Below are positions 11,821 through 22,860 of a DNA stretch of 30,276 nt, one piece after another (the stretch's first letter is position 1; each line of letters starts with the position of its first letter). Source of the DNA: Vicugna vicugna (Eukaryota); NCBI GenBank assembly GCA_013265495.1, contig MU058482.1:62001-92276 (forward strand), in the 5' to 3' direction. Below the pieces are notes generated by a model. It was not told the DNA's origin, did no database searches, and saw only the letters and a list, made by a program, of their open reading frames with translations. A program made the position numbers and the translations under genes.

Positions 11821-12252
11821 TCTGTCACGGCACAGAAGTACAATGCAGAGTCGCTCCCTTGGACAGATGCTTTCTTCAGGTGGAAAGAGGTTTGGCTCTT
11901 ATTAAATTCAGCTTCAAAACCGTAGTTGCCTTTAACCAGGTTGTCCCCTGCGATGTATTTCAGAAGGAACTGGAGACCTTGGTTGGGATACTGGACATAC
12001 CAAAAGAGATAAGGGGTCCCAGAAAGTGAATAGGTGCATTTCACAGTCAGTGGCTCCCCTTCGGCGACAGTGATCGGCTCTTTCAGCTGAGTCACTGACT
12101 GGGCTCTCAGTCCGCCTGTAAATTAATGCACACTGCATCAGTGAAGCTGCTGAAAAGAACATAAGTGGACAATACAAGTGGAAAAAGGGATAGGAATATC
12201 ACTTACTCAGTGTAAAGAGAATCGCAAGCGTCGAGATGCAAGCAGAGGCCAT
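11821..12252 (-). CDS. TRAV3: TCR alpha V segment TRAV3; leader exon 12207-12252, V exon 11821-12115; appears functional
   Basis: Leader [15 protein letters not shown](S) with GTAAGT donor; TACAG acceptor; V region [40 protein letters not shown]...[11 protein letters not shown] is close to human TRAV3. Confidence 0.94.
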
Positions 12253-12494
12253 GGCTCAAGCTGAGCTCGCCAGGGGCTCCTTTCCAACCCACCTTTGCTG
12301 GAGATACGGCCTCAGCCCAGAGCCTGGGTTCTCAAACAGGTACCAGCATCCTTCTGTCAGCACAGCGTTTTGCAAATTGCCCTGGTGTTCCTATCACCTG
12401 TGTCTTCTCTCTGTTGAGCAAGCTCTTGCTGGGGCTCCTCGAAGCTCCATGGGAAGCAAAACTGCATCTCTTACACCAGGGGCAAAACTCACAC

Positions 12495-12514
12495 TGCAGC
12501 GCCCCCTAGAGCCC
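12495..12514 (-). promoter_or_regulatory. CTCF-like motif upstream of TRAV3
   Basis: Minus strand GGGCTCTAGGGGGCGCTGCA; ~245 nt upstream of the ATG. Confidence 0.65.
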
Positions 12515-13550
12515 ACACACAGAACCAGGTGACTTTACTGTCAAGCAGCAGATGCTTCCAGGTCTTAATCACTGACACTCGGGTTTACAGCTGCCCTGTC
12601 AATCAGGCAAAATGTGGGTATATGCTCAACGTATGTATGGGCATATCTATACAGCATTCTGATCAGTGTAGAAAGACAAATAAGTCCAATTAAAACAATA
12701 GTCCAGTATAAGCTTTAGTGCTGTAACTATATTTTCCAAGTAATTGCCCAGTCTCTGCTTCTTCCGTCCTCTACAGATGCAGCACACACAGCATGTAAGA
12801 CTATGCCTAGATAGTGCTGTAACTCAGATATCATTTGCCTTCAACCACTTAATGATGAATTCTGGCAGCCACAAATGAACCAAGCTTTTAGGAGATTTAT
12901 ATTTTTAATCTTGCTCTAGACATACTGGTAATTCCCTTGACAGTGCTGTTGAAGAGATCCAAACATCTCATGGATAGATGGCCTAGGCTGCCTTCTAGAA
13001 TTGTACCTCCAGATATTAGTGTTTTAATTCGTTTTAGTTTGGTGTCCCTCTGTTTTATGGAGAAGCTCTGAGGTTGAGTTATTTTTGGTTTTTGTTTTAA
13101 CGGCACAGGAGCAAAGAGAAAAATCATGTGACCGGCATAATATAGGTGCTCAATAAATATTTGTCAAATGATTAAAATTTTAAATAAGTACACTGAGCTA
13201 GCAGAAATCCATGTAATGAGAATTGATTGTACATGCTGGACACTAAGCAGTGGAGTAAAAGCTCTGTTTACCTTCATTCATTATGAATGAATTTTCTTCA
13301 CAGAGGTCCTCTCTTCCAAGGCTTCACTCCAAAACTAACTGCCTTGGCATCCTGGTAATTCCAGGAGAAAACCTTGAAAGTCAATTTATTCTCACAAATT
13401 ACTATTGAGTTCCTACTACGTGCAAGACATAATTTGCATTTAAGAGATAAACAGGAAAACAAGACTTAGCCCTTGCCCTCAAGAAACTTTCCATTCATTT
13501 TGGTAGATGGAATACTAATTCAGAAGATAAACCGTTAGCAAACTAAAGTA

Positions 13551-13980
13551 TTTTTCTTTCTCTTACTGGCTTACTTCACTTAGAAAGAGAAAGAAAAATA
13601 CCATATGATATCACTCGTATGTGAAATCTAAAAGAAAGAAAGAAAGAAAAAGAGACACTAATGAACTCATCTACAAAACAGAAACAGACTCTCAGACATA
13701 GTAAACAATCTTATGGTTACTGGGGGAAAGGGAGTGGGAAGGAATAAATTTGGGAGTTGGAGATTTGTAAATGTTCACCACTATATATAAAAATAGGTTA
13801 AAAATTTCTTCTGTATAACACAGGGAATTATATTCAGTAATTGTAATGCCTTTAATGAAAAAGAATATGAAAATGAGTCTATGTATGTAGATGCATGACT
13901 GGGCCATTGTGCTGTATACCAGAAATGGACACATTGTAACTGCTGTACTTCAATTTAAAAAAAAAAAAAAAGAGAGAGAA
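13551..13980 (+). mobile_element. 5'-truncated camelid-type L1 with 5' inversion and poly(A)
   Basis: L1 3' end (AATGAACTCATCTACAAAACAGAAACAGACTC...poly-A); inverted piece 13551-13583; TSD AAACTAAAGTA at 13540-13550 and 13981-13991. Confidence 0.88.
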
Positions 13981-14752
13981 AAACTAAAGTAAAATGTGCT
14001 AGAATTGTAGCAATGAAAAAATCCCTAGGGATGTTCCATCCAAATGAGAAAAGAAAGGACCTCACAAAGCTTTGGGAATTTAGCTAATTAAAAAGAAGTA
14101 TTCTACTTCAAGCTGCAATAGGGACAGGGATGTGCTTCACAAGATGTTCCTCTTGAGTGCAAGGAAACAACCATGAGAATTAGTGTTTGCGCTTATCTTA
14201 ACTTTTTCTAATTTCTACTTTTGTTTGTCACGTTCATTATCATAATCTATATGCATATAGATATACCTGTGCTGGAAGAGTAACATATTTCACTGATAGG
14301 AATAACTTGGGACCATTGTACTACAGGGAGCTTTTCTCAGCAGAGGGAACTAGTATTCAGATTTGCTGGTTTTGAGCCTACAGCAGTGCTGCTACACTGT
14401 TACCTTAACGGCCCGTCCCTACTGGTCGCGTTATTTTCTGCAATCCAGACAGTTAATAGAGCTTCAGAGACACGGTTTTCAATTGGGCTCTTTTCTCTTA
14501 GCTCCTTTTGAACTATAAAGCTACTTAATCCTAGAGTTCAAAACAGTATAAAAGATTTTGCCACTTTATGTCCCACTTGCTGTCAATGGAGCAAAATATC
14601 GAGTTCTTTTGAGACTCCCTCTATCCCCTGACGTACAGGATGTTCTTTAACATAAAAAGTGGTGTCCATTCCAGTCTGGAGATTTCTGAAGCAAGGAGAT
14701 GTGTTGGAGCAGTATTTCTTGGCAAGAATTGGAAGGACTATGGTATACTAAC

Positions 14753-15203
14753 CGTCCTAGTCCCAGTGCTGCTGTAACAGAGCACCAAAAACCAGGCAGC
14801 TTAAAACTGCAGAAATTTATTGTCTTACAGTTCTGCAAGCTAGACATCCTAAATCAAGGTGTTAGCCAGGCCATACTCGCTCTGACAGCTCTAGGAGAGA
14901 ATCCTTTTTTGCCCCTTTGAGCTTCTGGTGTTTGCTGGCCATCTGTGCTGTTTCTTGGCATTTAGATGCACCACTCCAACCAGCTGGCCATCCTCTCCCT
15001 GTGTCTCTTCACATTGTCTTCCTTCTTCGCTTGTCTGTCTCTGTGTCAAAATTTTCTCTTTTTCTAAGAACACCAGTCCTAATGACTTTATGCTAACTTT
15101 ATTACTTCTAGATTTTATTTCCAAATAAGGTCACGTTCTGAGGCACTGAGAGCTATGACTTCAACATACCATTTTTGGGGGGGACACAATTCAACCCATA
15201 ACA
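14753..15203 (-). mobile_element. MLT1C-like MaLR solo LTR
   Basis: GCTGCTGTAACA...CAGAAATTTATTGTCTTACAGTTCTG...CCAAATAAGGTCACGTTCTGAGG...CACAATTCAACCCATAACA; 5-bp TSD CTAAC at 14748-14752 and 15204-15208. Confidence 0.88.
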
Positions 15204-16409
15204 CTAACCCTTGGAAGAAAATGGAAGTAATTCTGCATTCCAGTCCCCACCCATTCTCTGTGGTACCCTGAGCCTCAGAAACTGAAGAGTAGCCAGGTGG
15301 GCTCCATGGCCCCACTCAACCCTCCCAAAAAAAAAGAAATAAAGCAGTGAAGTTAGAGAAGGTAGGGCCCATAGGAGCAAGGAAAGATACCCTACCATGA
15401 GAGTGAGTTGGGGTCTTAAATCTCTCATGGAGCCAATGATAGATACAGATAGCCCTCTGAGGAAGTCCTTAGACATTTGAAGAACTAGGTGAGCTATGGC
15501 CCCCAAGAAAACTTCACCGTCAATGCAGATTCAACTAGCAGTGGACAGAGCAGATGGATCCAGGGAGACCTCAGACAGCCCCATGCCACCTGCCTTGGCC
15601 AGTTAGGTAAGCTCTCCAGCCCTGTGTTCATGTTTAGTCTCAGGAGCCCTACAACAGTTTTTTCACCCAGGAATTTTTTTTTTATTTTGTATTGCATTTT
15701 GGGGAAGTAAACCTCCAAAACAATGGCAAGCTCTATACACATACAAACTCCCAAGATCTGAGAGTACACGGAATTTTACTCCCTGTTTGTCACCATAGAA
15801 CTGAGAGCTTCTTGATACCTTTAAGGCTGAGCCATCACTGCCACTCTCTTCTCTGTAATTCCTCTCATGCTGCATTTTCCTCTTCTTTTATTTCTTTCCT
15901 TTTCCACTTTCACCCTTGGGTAATAATGTCTTTAGTGTTCTATATTTGAGCTGGAAAAAAACCTGGTTGGAAGACCAGTAGTTGACTGTTTAAACAAGAG
16001 AATCAAAGCACCAATGTAAAAGGTAGGGTTTTCAACACACCACACACACACACACACTCCTCAGTGAATTGAAAAGAACTTCCTATATGAACAAAAAGAA
16101 TTTCTGTCTCTTTTCTTGCATGACAAAGCAATGAGAGGGGCACCATTTATGGAGCAACAACTGTACATACACATGGCACCGTGCAGGACTCATAAAGAAG
16201 ATGCACACATACATCTCCTTTTCAAATATTCCATTTGGTTAAAAGATAAATCTAACACACTTTTAAACAAGCAATAATCCAAAATAGAATATGCCTAAAA
16301 AATTAGCATGTAACTGGTACAAACATATACCGATTTATATTTGCATACCATGGAGATATTTGGATATTACTGAACGTGGTTGTAGCCTCAAGATCTGGAG
16401 TCCAGAGTC

Positions 16410-16595
16410 TGGCATTCCCAGATCAAACTTGGCTGAGCAACAGAATCATCAAAGAGATGTTTATGGAAAATACAGATTTCCAGGCCCCACTCCTGCAAAC
16501 CCTGATTCAGTTCACCTGGAATGCAGCAAAAAAGAATCTATTTTTTGAACAAGATTGCAGAGACTTCTGATAAAAAAGTTTTGGAAACACTGATC
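16410..16595. mobile_element. MER5A-like hAT-Charlie element
   Basis: CAGAATCA...AAAATACAGATTTCCAGGCCCCACTCC...TGATTCAG...AGTTTTGGAAACACTG. Confidence 0.65.
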
Positions 16596-17140
16596 TACAG
16601 TAGGACTTTGGTCCCTAAAGTGGGAGGGACATATCTGGGAAAAAACACAAAAATAACTTAACAAGAATATGGGAAGAATATATTACAACTTCTATTTTTT
16701 TAGTTTAAAAAATCAGAAGGAGATTGAACTTTTCTAATATTTCATATACCGACTGACACTGGCATCCTCACTGGGTCTGTATGTTAGATTATATAAAACG
16801 TAATATATCCTGAGGGAAGGACTGAGATTCCAAACTCAGGGCTGTTGATAGTAGCCACTGTCATTCATTCCCTTTCAGCTTATTGTATTATCCAACGTTA
16901 ACTAAAGTACCCTTTATATATTGAGACATGTCTTGAAAATATTCCTGCGAAGAGCCTGCAGCTGGCATATAATATTTAAAATGCAAAGGCAGAAAGCAAG
17001 AAGAAAATGGCACAGTGAACGTGACTCTTCATCCTATCACAGTTCATCATCAGCCATTTTACAAGGGAAAGCAAATAATCTAATCAAATTTCCAAAGAAA
17101 TGACTAAAAAGTATTCCAATTATCAAGAAGACTATTTAAA

Positions 17141-17305
17141 TTGTAACAACTTTGGATAGTGATGATGGTAACTAGACTTACTGTAATAATCGTTTCATAA
17201 TGTATAAAAAATACCAAATCCTTCACTATGTTGTACACCTGAAACTATATGTAATATAGTATGGCAATAATAACTCAATTAAAGATTAAATCAAAATTTT
17301 TTTAA
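17141..17305 (+). mobile_element. Short L1 3' fragment
   Basis: GATGGTAACTAGACTTACTG...CACTATGTTGTACACCTGAAACT; TSD AAGACTATTTAAA at 17128-17140 and 17306-17318. Confidence 0.75.
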
Positions 17306-17479
17306 AAGACTATTTAAAACATGGATTTATAGAACCATTATTGAATCCCTCCCTAAAAGTATAGTTTCCTATGTACATTTACTAATATAAAGTTTCTGAA
17401 CTCAAATTATTTTTCTAATAGCAGTGCCAAATGGAAGGGCTTGGGGAATGCTGAATTGGGGGTAGTGGGGGCAATAATT

Positions 17480-17508
17480 TCTTTTTAACATTTTTCATTG
17501 ATTTATAA
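17480..17508 (-). mobile_element. 29-nt L1 3'-terminal micro-insertion with 17-bp TSD
   Basis: TAGTGGGGGCAATAATT at 17463-17479 and 17509-17525; reverse complement of the insert matches the L1 tail at 24266-24294 at 26/29 positions. Confidence 0.8.
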
Positions 17509-17569
17509 TAGTGGGGGCAATAATTATTGCTCATCTCTTTTCCATCCCCTGCAAAGGCTGTGATCTCTC

Positions 17570-17608
17570 GGTTTCTGTTCAGTGCTACACGGGTTCCCTG
17601 CCTCTGTG
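17570..17608 (-). other. 23-RSS of TRAV2
   Basis: Heptamer CACAGAG (17608-17602; the same variant as human TRAV2, as recalled), 23 nt, ACAGAAACC (17578-17570). Confidence 0.9.
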
Positions 17609-18100
17609 TTCGCCAGACCACAGCAGTAAGCAGCAGCATCTGCCAACCGCACCTGGGGGATGAGCAGTGATGAAGAGAACCGCTCATAAGTCATGTTGTA
17701 GCGTCCCTGCTGGGACGGCTTTGAGCCCTTAACAAGGAGCCTTGGTGCACATCCTGGGAAGTGAAGGTACCAGAAGAAGTCGTAAGCATTGGATACAGAG
17801 TGATTACAGTAGATTTCTGCCACAGCTCCCTCCGAAGATACCACGGTGGAAGGCTGAAATACTTGGTCCTTGCTCTCTGCAACTGCAGGAAACAAAGAAA
17901 GAAGGTTGAGACTTCTATGCTGCTATTTGGCTTGTTGATTGCCCCTTAGGTACAGTAAGTATTAATGAATCTGGTCCAAATTTTAAAACGATGGCATCCA
18001 TTTTTCCAACACCAGAGAGTAAAAGCACCTACTCACCCTTCCAGTGAGAGCTGAGGAGGAGCCCCAGCCGCACTACTTCCAGAGTGCTCCGCAAAGCCAT
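17609..18100 (-). CDS. TRAV2: TCR alpha V segment TRAV2; leader exon 18037-18100, V exon 17609-17882; open frame with atypical substitutions
   Basis: Leader MALRSTLEVVRLGLLLSSHWK(V) with GTGAGT donor; CTGCAG acceptor; V region KDQVFQPSTVVSSEGAVAEIYCNHSVSNAYDFFWYLHFPGCAPRLLVKGSKPSQQGRYNMTYERFSSSLL is nearly identical to human TRAV2. Confidence 0.94.
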
Positions 18101-18201
18101 GGCCAAAAGGCAGCTGGTCCCAAGCCTCAGTCATAAGCATGATGCTCCCCAGGAAGCTGCCTTAAGGCTGCCTGTTTTCATTTTTCATTTTCTTCTGTGT
18201 C

Positions 18202-18211
18202 GGTGACATCA
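18202..18211. promoter_or_regulatory. CRE-like decamer in the TRAV2 promoter
   Basis: GGTGACATCA ~100 nt upstream of the ATG; resembles the CRE/ATF decamer of TCR V promoters. Confidence 0.5.
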
Positions 18212-19699
18212 TCAGCCAGAGTCTGTGAACTGTAGAAGGGTGACTACAGTCCTAAGGCTACTTAACAATGACTTAAACTGTGTTTTGTTCTGACAAGGTA
18301 GTATTAAAAAGGAATAAATATATCCTTTCCAAGGTCACCACAGCTGTGCAGATTTAATCATTCCAGAAGCTTGCTTCCTTCACCAAGAGTGTCAGAAGGA
18401 GTCTCATAATTGATGGGAGACTGCTTCGTCATTCAAACTACAGTGACAAATTCACACAAAAAGTGTGCTAAACTTATCACATGTGATATAATGACATTCT
18501 AACATGTTAAAAAATAATGATCATGAAATCTTAGTAACTGTAACAGATGAGCAATGGGGTTTTTTTAAGGCACAAAAAATACTATGTAAACATATTCATC
18601 AAAATTTGACTCCTTGCATCCAAGGTGATCTCTGGCATAAGTAGGGAAAGAAAATCTCACTAATAACTTTCTGAAACCAAAAGAAACTGGATCAAGATAG
18701 ACCCAAAATTGTATTTGGAGGTGATCTCTTTTGGATGGTACCTATCCTCACTTTGTAGCCTGATACCGTCTGCTCTGCTGTTAATAGGGGCTTAATAGTC
18801 CTACCTCTGCTTTTATACAGACTTTCTTGGGATTTTATTTGAAAAAGAAGAGTAAGCAAGGTTTGCGGCAATTCAGTTTATTCAGCAGAGTTTTTATGTG
18901 TGCTACCACCGTCTAGTGGGCTACAGGGGAACTGATGGAAAATCAAATCCCCAAGCGGACTCTGAGACAGTCTTCATAGCTTCTCACATCCTGAAGAGAT
19001 TTCTTGCCCTTTGCTTTTGTTCAAATTCCTCATCCTTACTCAATTTCCATAGGAACAAGAAGGCTATCCAAAGGAAACAATTGCCTTCTTGGAAAGTCTC
19101 CCGGTTACCAAAAGGTGTTCTTCATTCAGATAAGTGATTATTTAAAACATACTTCCATAGAGTGAAATATTTCTTTTTCTTATGCTAAGGCGGTTGCTTT
19201 ATTCATTTCTTTGTTTCTTCTTTTCTTTCTTTCTTTCTTTTTTTTTTTTTTTTTTTTTTTTCCCCGACCAGGCTAGGAGAAATTAGTTTCTACTCTAAGC
19301 TTTTTTCTTTTTTTTTCACTAGGAGATTCTTTAATAATGATAAGATGATTGATAAGGTCCAACAGAGACTTTTAAAATACATATATGTAACCACAAAAAG
19401 CTTCCAAGTAAAATACAAAATTCCAATATGGCTGTAAAATTAGAATGGAGTCATCAAAGACAAGGTGGCACAGATTCATCTAAATGAAAAAATAATATAG
19501 CTACTGTGATTAAGTTGAGCTCTGAAATTTCTGACAACTGAAACGTAAGAGGAAATGCAAAGAGAATACAATTATACAAATAAGCTAAGTGTTCACGCAG
19601 CTTCCTGCTGAAGCCAAGTGGTCTATAGCTACAGATGAAACTGTTTTCAGATTACTTCTGTTTCAAGATTTCTAACTACTGCAATATATTTTACCATGT

Positions 19700-20550
19700 G
19701 CTTCCTCCACATCTACTTATCCAGTCCCTAGTGATGGACTCGTAATCTGCCTCTAACTCCCATCAACACAGCAACAGACATATTTTTATATTTTTCCTTA
19801 TTAACCATATATAGAGATATGTATCAATCAAAGACTGTCCCGTGATAGTATATACACATACTCAATATCACTAATTAATCATTCAAAGTTGTAATAACCA
19901 CATACACTTCTACCAATAGTACATGAACAGTCCAGTCATCATTCATGTTTTCCTATCTAGTGTTACCTATTCAAATGATTTGCCCATTTTAAAATTAGGT
20001 TTCCAGTGTTTTTCTCAGTAAATTTTGGGAGTTTCTCACACATTGATTCCTTGAATTGCTCAAAATCACAAATGTCTTCTAGTACACTGCTAATCGGTTA
20101 ACTTTGTCTATGGCATCTTTTTCTAAACTAGAAATTCTTCATTTTTAAAAGTCAAAGTTATCATTTTTTTTTTTACTTTATGATTTGAGTTTTAGGGATC
20201 TTGACCTACAAATCATTTCTCACCCAAGGCCACAAATATAATTTCCTGCATTGTATTTTGCTATCTTTATGTTTTTCTTGTACATGTAGATTTTAACTCA
20301 TCTGAATTCTACGTGTATATATGGCATAAAAGGAAATGAAACTTTATTTTCCTACATAGAGCAAAACAGTTTTCCCAACACTATCTACAAAGTAATCCAC
20401 CTTTCCCCCGCAGCTTTGTGGTACCATCTTTATTATATATAATGCTACCTATGAATTTGATCTCTTCTTGAGTTTCATATTTTGCTTCATTGATCGAGTT
20501 GTTTCTATAGCACTGCTGTACTGTTTTCATTGTCTTAACTTTATCAAGCA
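19700..20550 (-). mobile_element. Old L1 (L1ME-like) antisense fragment
   Basis: TTTGCCCATTTTAAAATTAGGTT, CAGTTTTCCCAACAC and GGTACCATCTTTATTATATA are typical antisense L1 3'-region remnants. Confidence 0.6.
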
Positions 20551-20970
20551 ATACACTTTATCAAGATCCTCCTTTAATCAGTCAGATATTCAGATGCAAT
20601 TCAATCAAATCTACTCTGGCTAGTTTATGCAGATAAAATATATTAAGAGATATAAGGTATCTCGCAGACTCTTCAGAAGAGGTAGGTAGTGAGGATTCAA
20701 TGCTAAATAGTCAGAAAGAATGCTCAAACCCACCACAAGGAACGCTCTAATCAAGCAATCGAATGTCATCACTGTTCAGCCCCAACACCACAAATTTACT
20801 TCACCAACCACAAGGACACTCAGTACTGAATATTCAAAGCTCTTCCATTGCTACCCTGCTAAAAGCAGTCCTCACTGTACACATTAAAGGTTACATCTGC
20901 ACACCTAACTACTGGGGGACTATAATGAGCAGTAATAATATTAGTAGCCACCCCTGTCTTCCTTACACCA

Positions 20971-21413
20971 TATCGACTGAAATAAAATGCTCATCCTAAA
21001 AGTTGAGAGTTATGTTTTATTGGGCAGACATTTCTGAGGACTTAAGCCCAGGATGACAACCTCTCAGATCGCTCTGAGGGACCGCTCTCAAGTGGCAAAG
21101 TAGAAGCCAGGATATATGAGTTTTTGCAACAAAAACCAGGTGTTCAGAACATCCAAAGATTATTGTTAATTAGAGAAAGCCAGATATCTCAAGTTAAGGG
21201 ATTTAGTGCTTTTCTATATGTGGGAAAGTGCAAAGGTCTGGGTTCACTGAAGTCATTCCTTTGATATGCACCTAGCTATCTAGGGCCAGAATCCTGTTCT
21301 TTCACATCCTGAGCTCCCTCACTCACTGTTAGTGGGTGGTGGTAGCAGCTGGTGTCTTGGTGGCCACAGCATTCTCTGTTTACTGATACGGCTTGCAGTG
21401 TTTTTTGTTCACA
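20971..21413 (-). mobile_element. ERV1 solo LTR, cetartiodactyl MER41-like
   Basis: GTTGAGAGTTATGTTTTATT...CTCTCAGATCGCTCTGAGGGAC...TCATTCCTTTGATATGCACC resembles MER41_BT-type LTRs; ends in CA; 4-bp TSD ACCA at 20967-20970 and 21414-21417. Confidence 0.75.
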
Positions 21414-22412
21414 ACCATAAAGAGAATGCCCTTAAAATGTTTCTATTATGGAGACTTCCTTTGTAACTTAGTACATGCTCAACTTCTGAGAATGTTCCAT
21501 GTGTGCTGGAAAAGAACACATACTTTTTGTACACTTCAGGGGGTTCCCTTTGAGTATATTTCAATCGGCTTCTACCTCTAAACTACTGTCTCTGCAGGGA
21601 GCTTAAAATCAGCACAAAGTGAGGACTTGAGAGCAGTTGCTTTGCCTGCCCCCTTCACTCTTCTCTCCACCGTAGCTCCCTTACTTAGCAAAATTTTCTC
21701 TTCCCTCTCCAAGTGACAAAAAAAGTCTCGTATTTATGAATGGAGAAAAAATATACTCAGGTATGGATGGAAGGGAAAGGAAAGGAGAAGGAAGAGGATT
21801 CTGTTGACTTCGTGGGCAGCAGCCAGCCAAAATGCCTCTGTATAACCTGAACAGACACTGTGAAGTGACCTGTATGCATCTCGTCTAAGACTTAAATATA
21901 ATGCTTATCACAAGACAAGATTCTAATGCATTTGAGTTCTTCCTAAGACAGCTTGTGTCTTTCTTAGGCCATAAAGAAAAAGCACTCAAAATGTCTCCAT
22001 TATAGTGTTAAAGGCAGTGATTAGAGAATAGTACAGAATGTGCTCATTATCATAAGGAGGGGTACATGGAGATGGGGTGGGAGATAATTAAAGGAAAAAA
22101 GAGAAGAAATAATGATTGTGTGCCCCCCACCCCCTGCCGATGGCAAAAAGCAATATATATGCAGCGTGGTCTTATCTATGAATTCTTCAGATTCTTCAAA
22201 CAGATTTTTATAAAGCCTATTAAAAATTAAGTACTTACTGTAGTTGGGTTTTGGTGGGAAATGATGAAAAGGTTGTGCTCTGTGACCCAGGTTGACAGAG
22301 TCACAACAGAACAGCATAAGTGAGGTTGGTGGGAATGTGAGAGTAAAGATTTCCAAAGGTCAATCCTTCATAAAAGCAGTGACAACACTGGTCAAAAAAC
22401 TAATAATTATAA

Positions 22413-22535
22413 TTGCAGATTTGCCGATACTAACTACTGTATATAAAATAGATAAACAAGTTTCTATTGTATAGTACAAGAAATGTTATTCAGTAGCTTG
22501 TTGTAACTGATAATGAAGAGAATATGAAAAGGAGA
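22413..22535 (+). mobile_element. Camelid-type L1 3' UTR fragment without poly(A)
   Basis: Similar to 13760-13875 (AGATTTG...ACTACTGTATATAAAATAGATAAACAAG...GAATATGAAAA). Confidence 0.65.
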
Positions 22536-22675
22536 ATTCACTTTTAGATACTAAACAATGTTCTCCTGTGTGTGGCTAGGCTTTGTGATTCTCTGCCTCC
22601 GGGATACTTTCTGTGTTCTTAGCTTGGCTCGTCGGCTACATTGATTGCTTTGCACAAGTTAATCACCTCATAACC

Positions 22676-22860
22676 ACATTTTTAATAAAGCCCGCTGGGA
22701 AACCCAACTCCTTTGTTAACTACCATTCTTACCACAGAGAAGCATTTAGAGACCAGAGACTAATCAGCGAGACAAAGAGTTACAATGAGTCGCTAGGGGC
22801 ATCCTCTAGTCTTACCTAGGATGCTGGCATGGGCCAGTGGAACCCAGGGGATTAATTACA
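22676..22860. promoter_or_regulatory. Candidate olfactory-receptor enhancer core (H-element-like Lhx2/Ebf composite cluster)
   Basis: Four homeodomain + O/E-like composites in ~190 bp of apparently non-repetitive DNA upstream of TRAV2; see findings. Confidence 0.55.
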
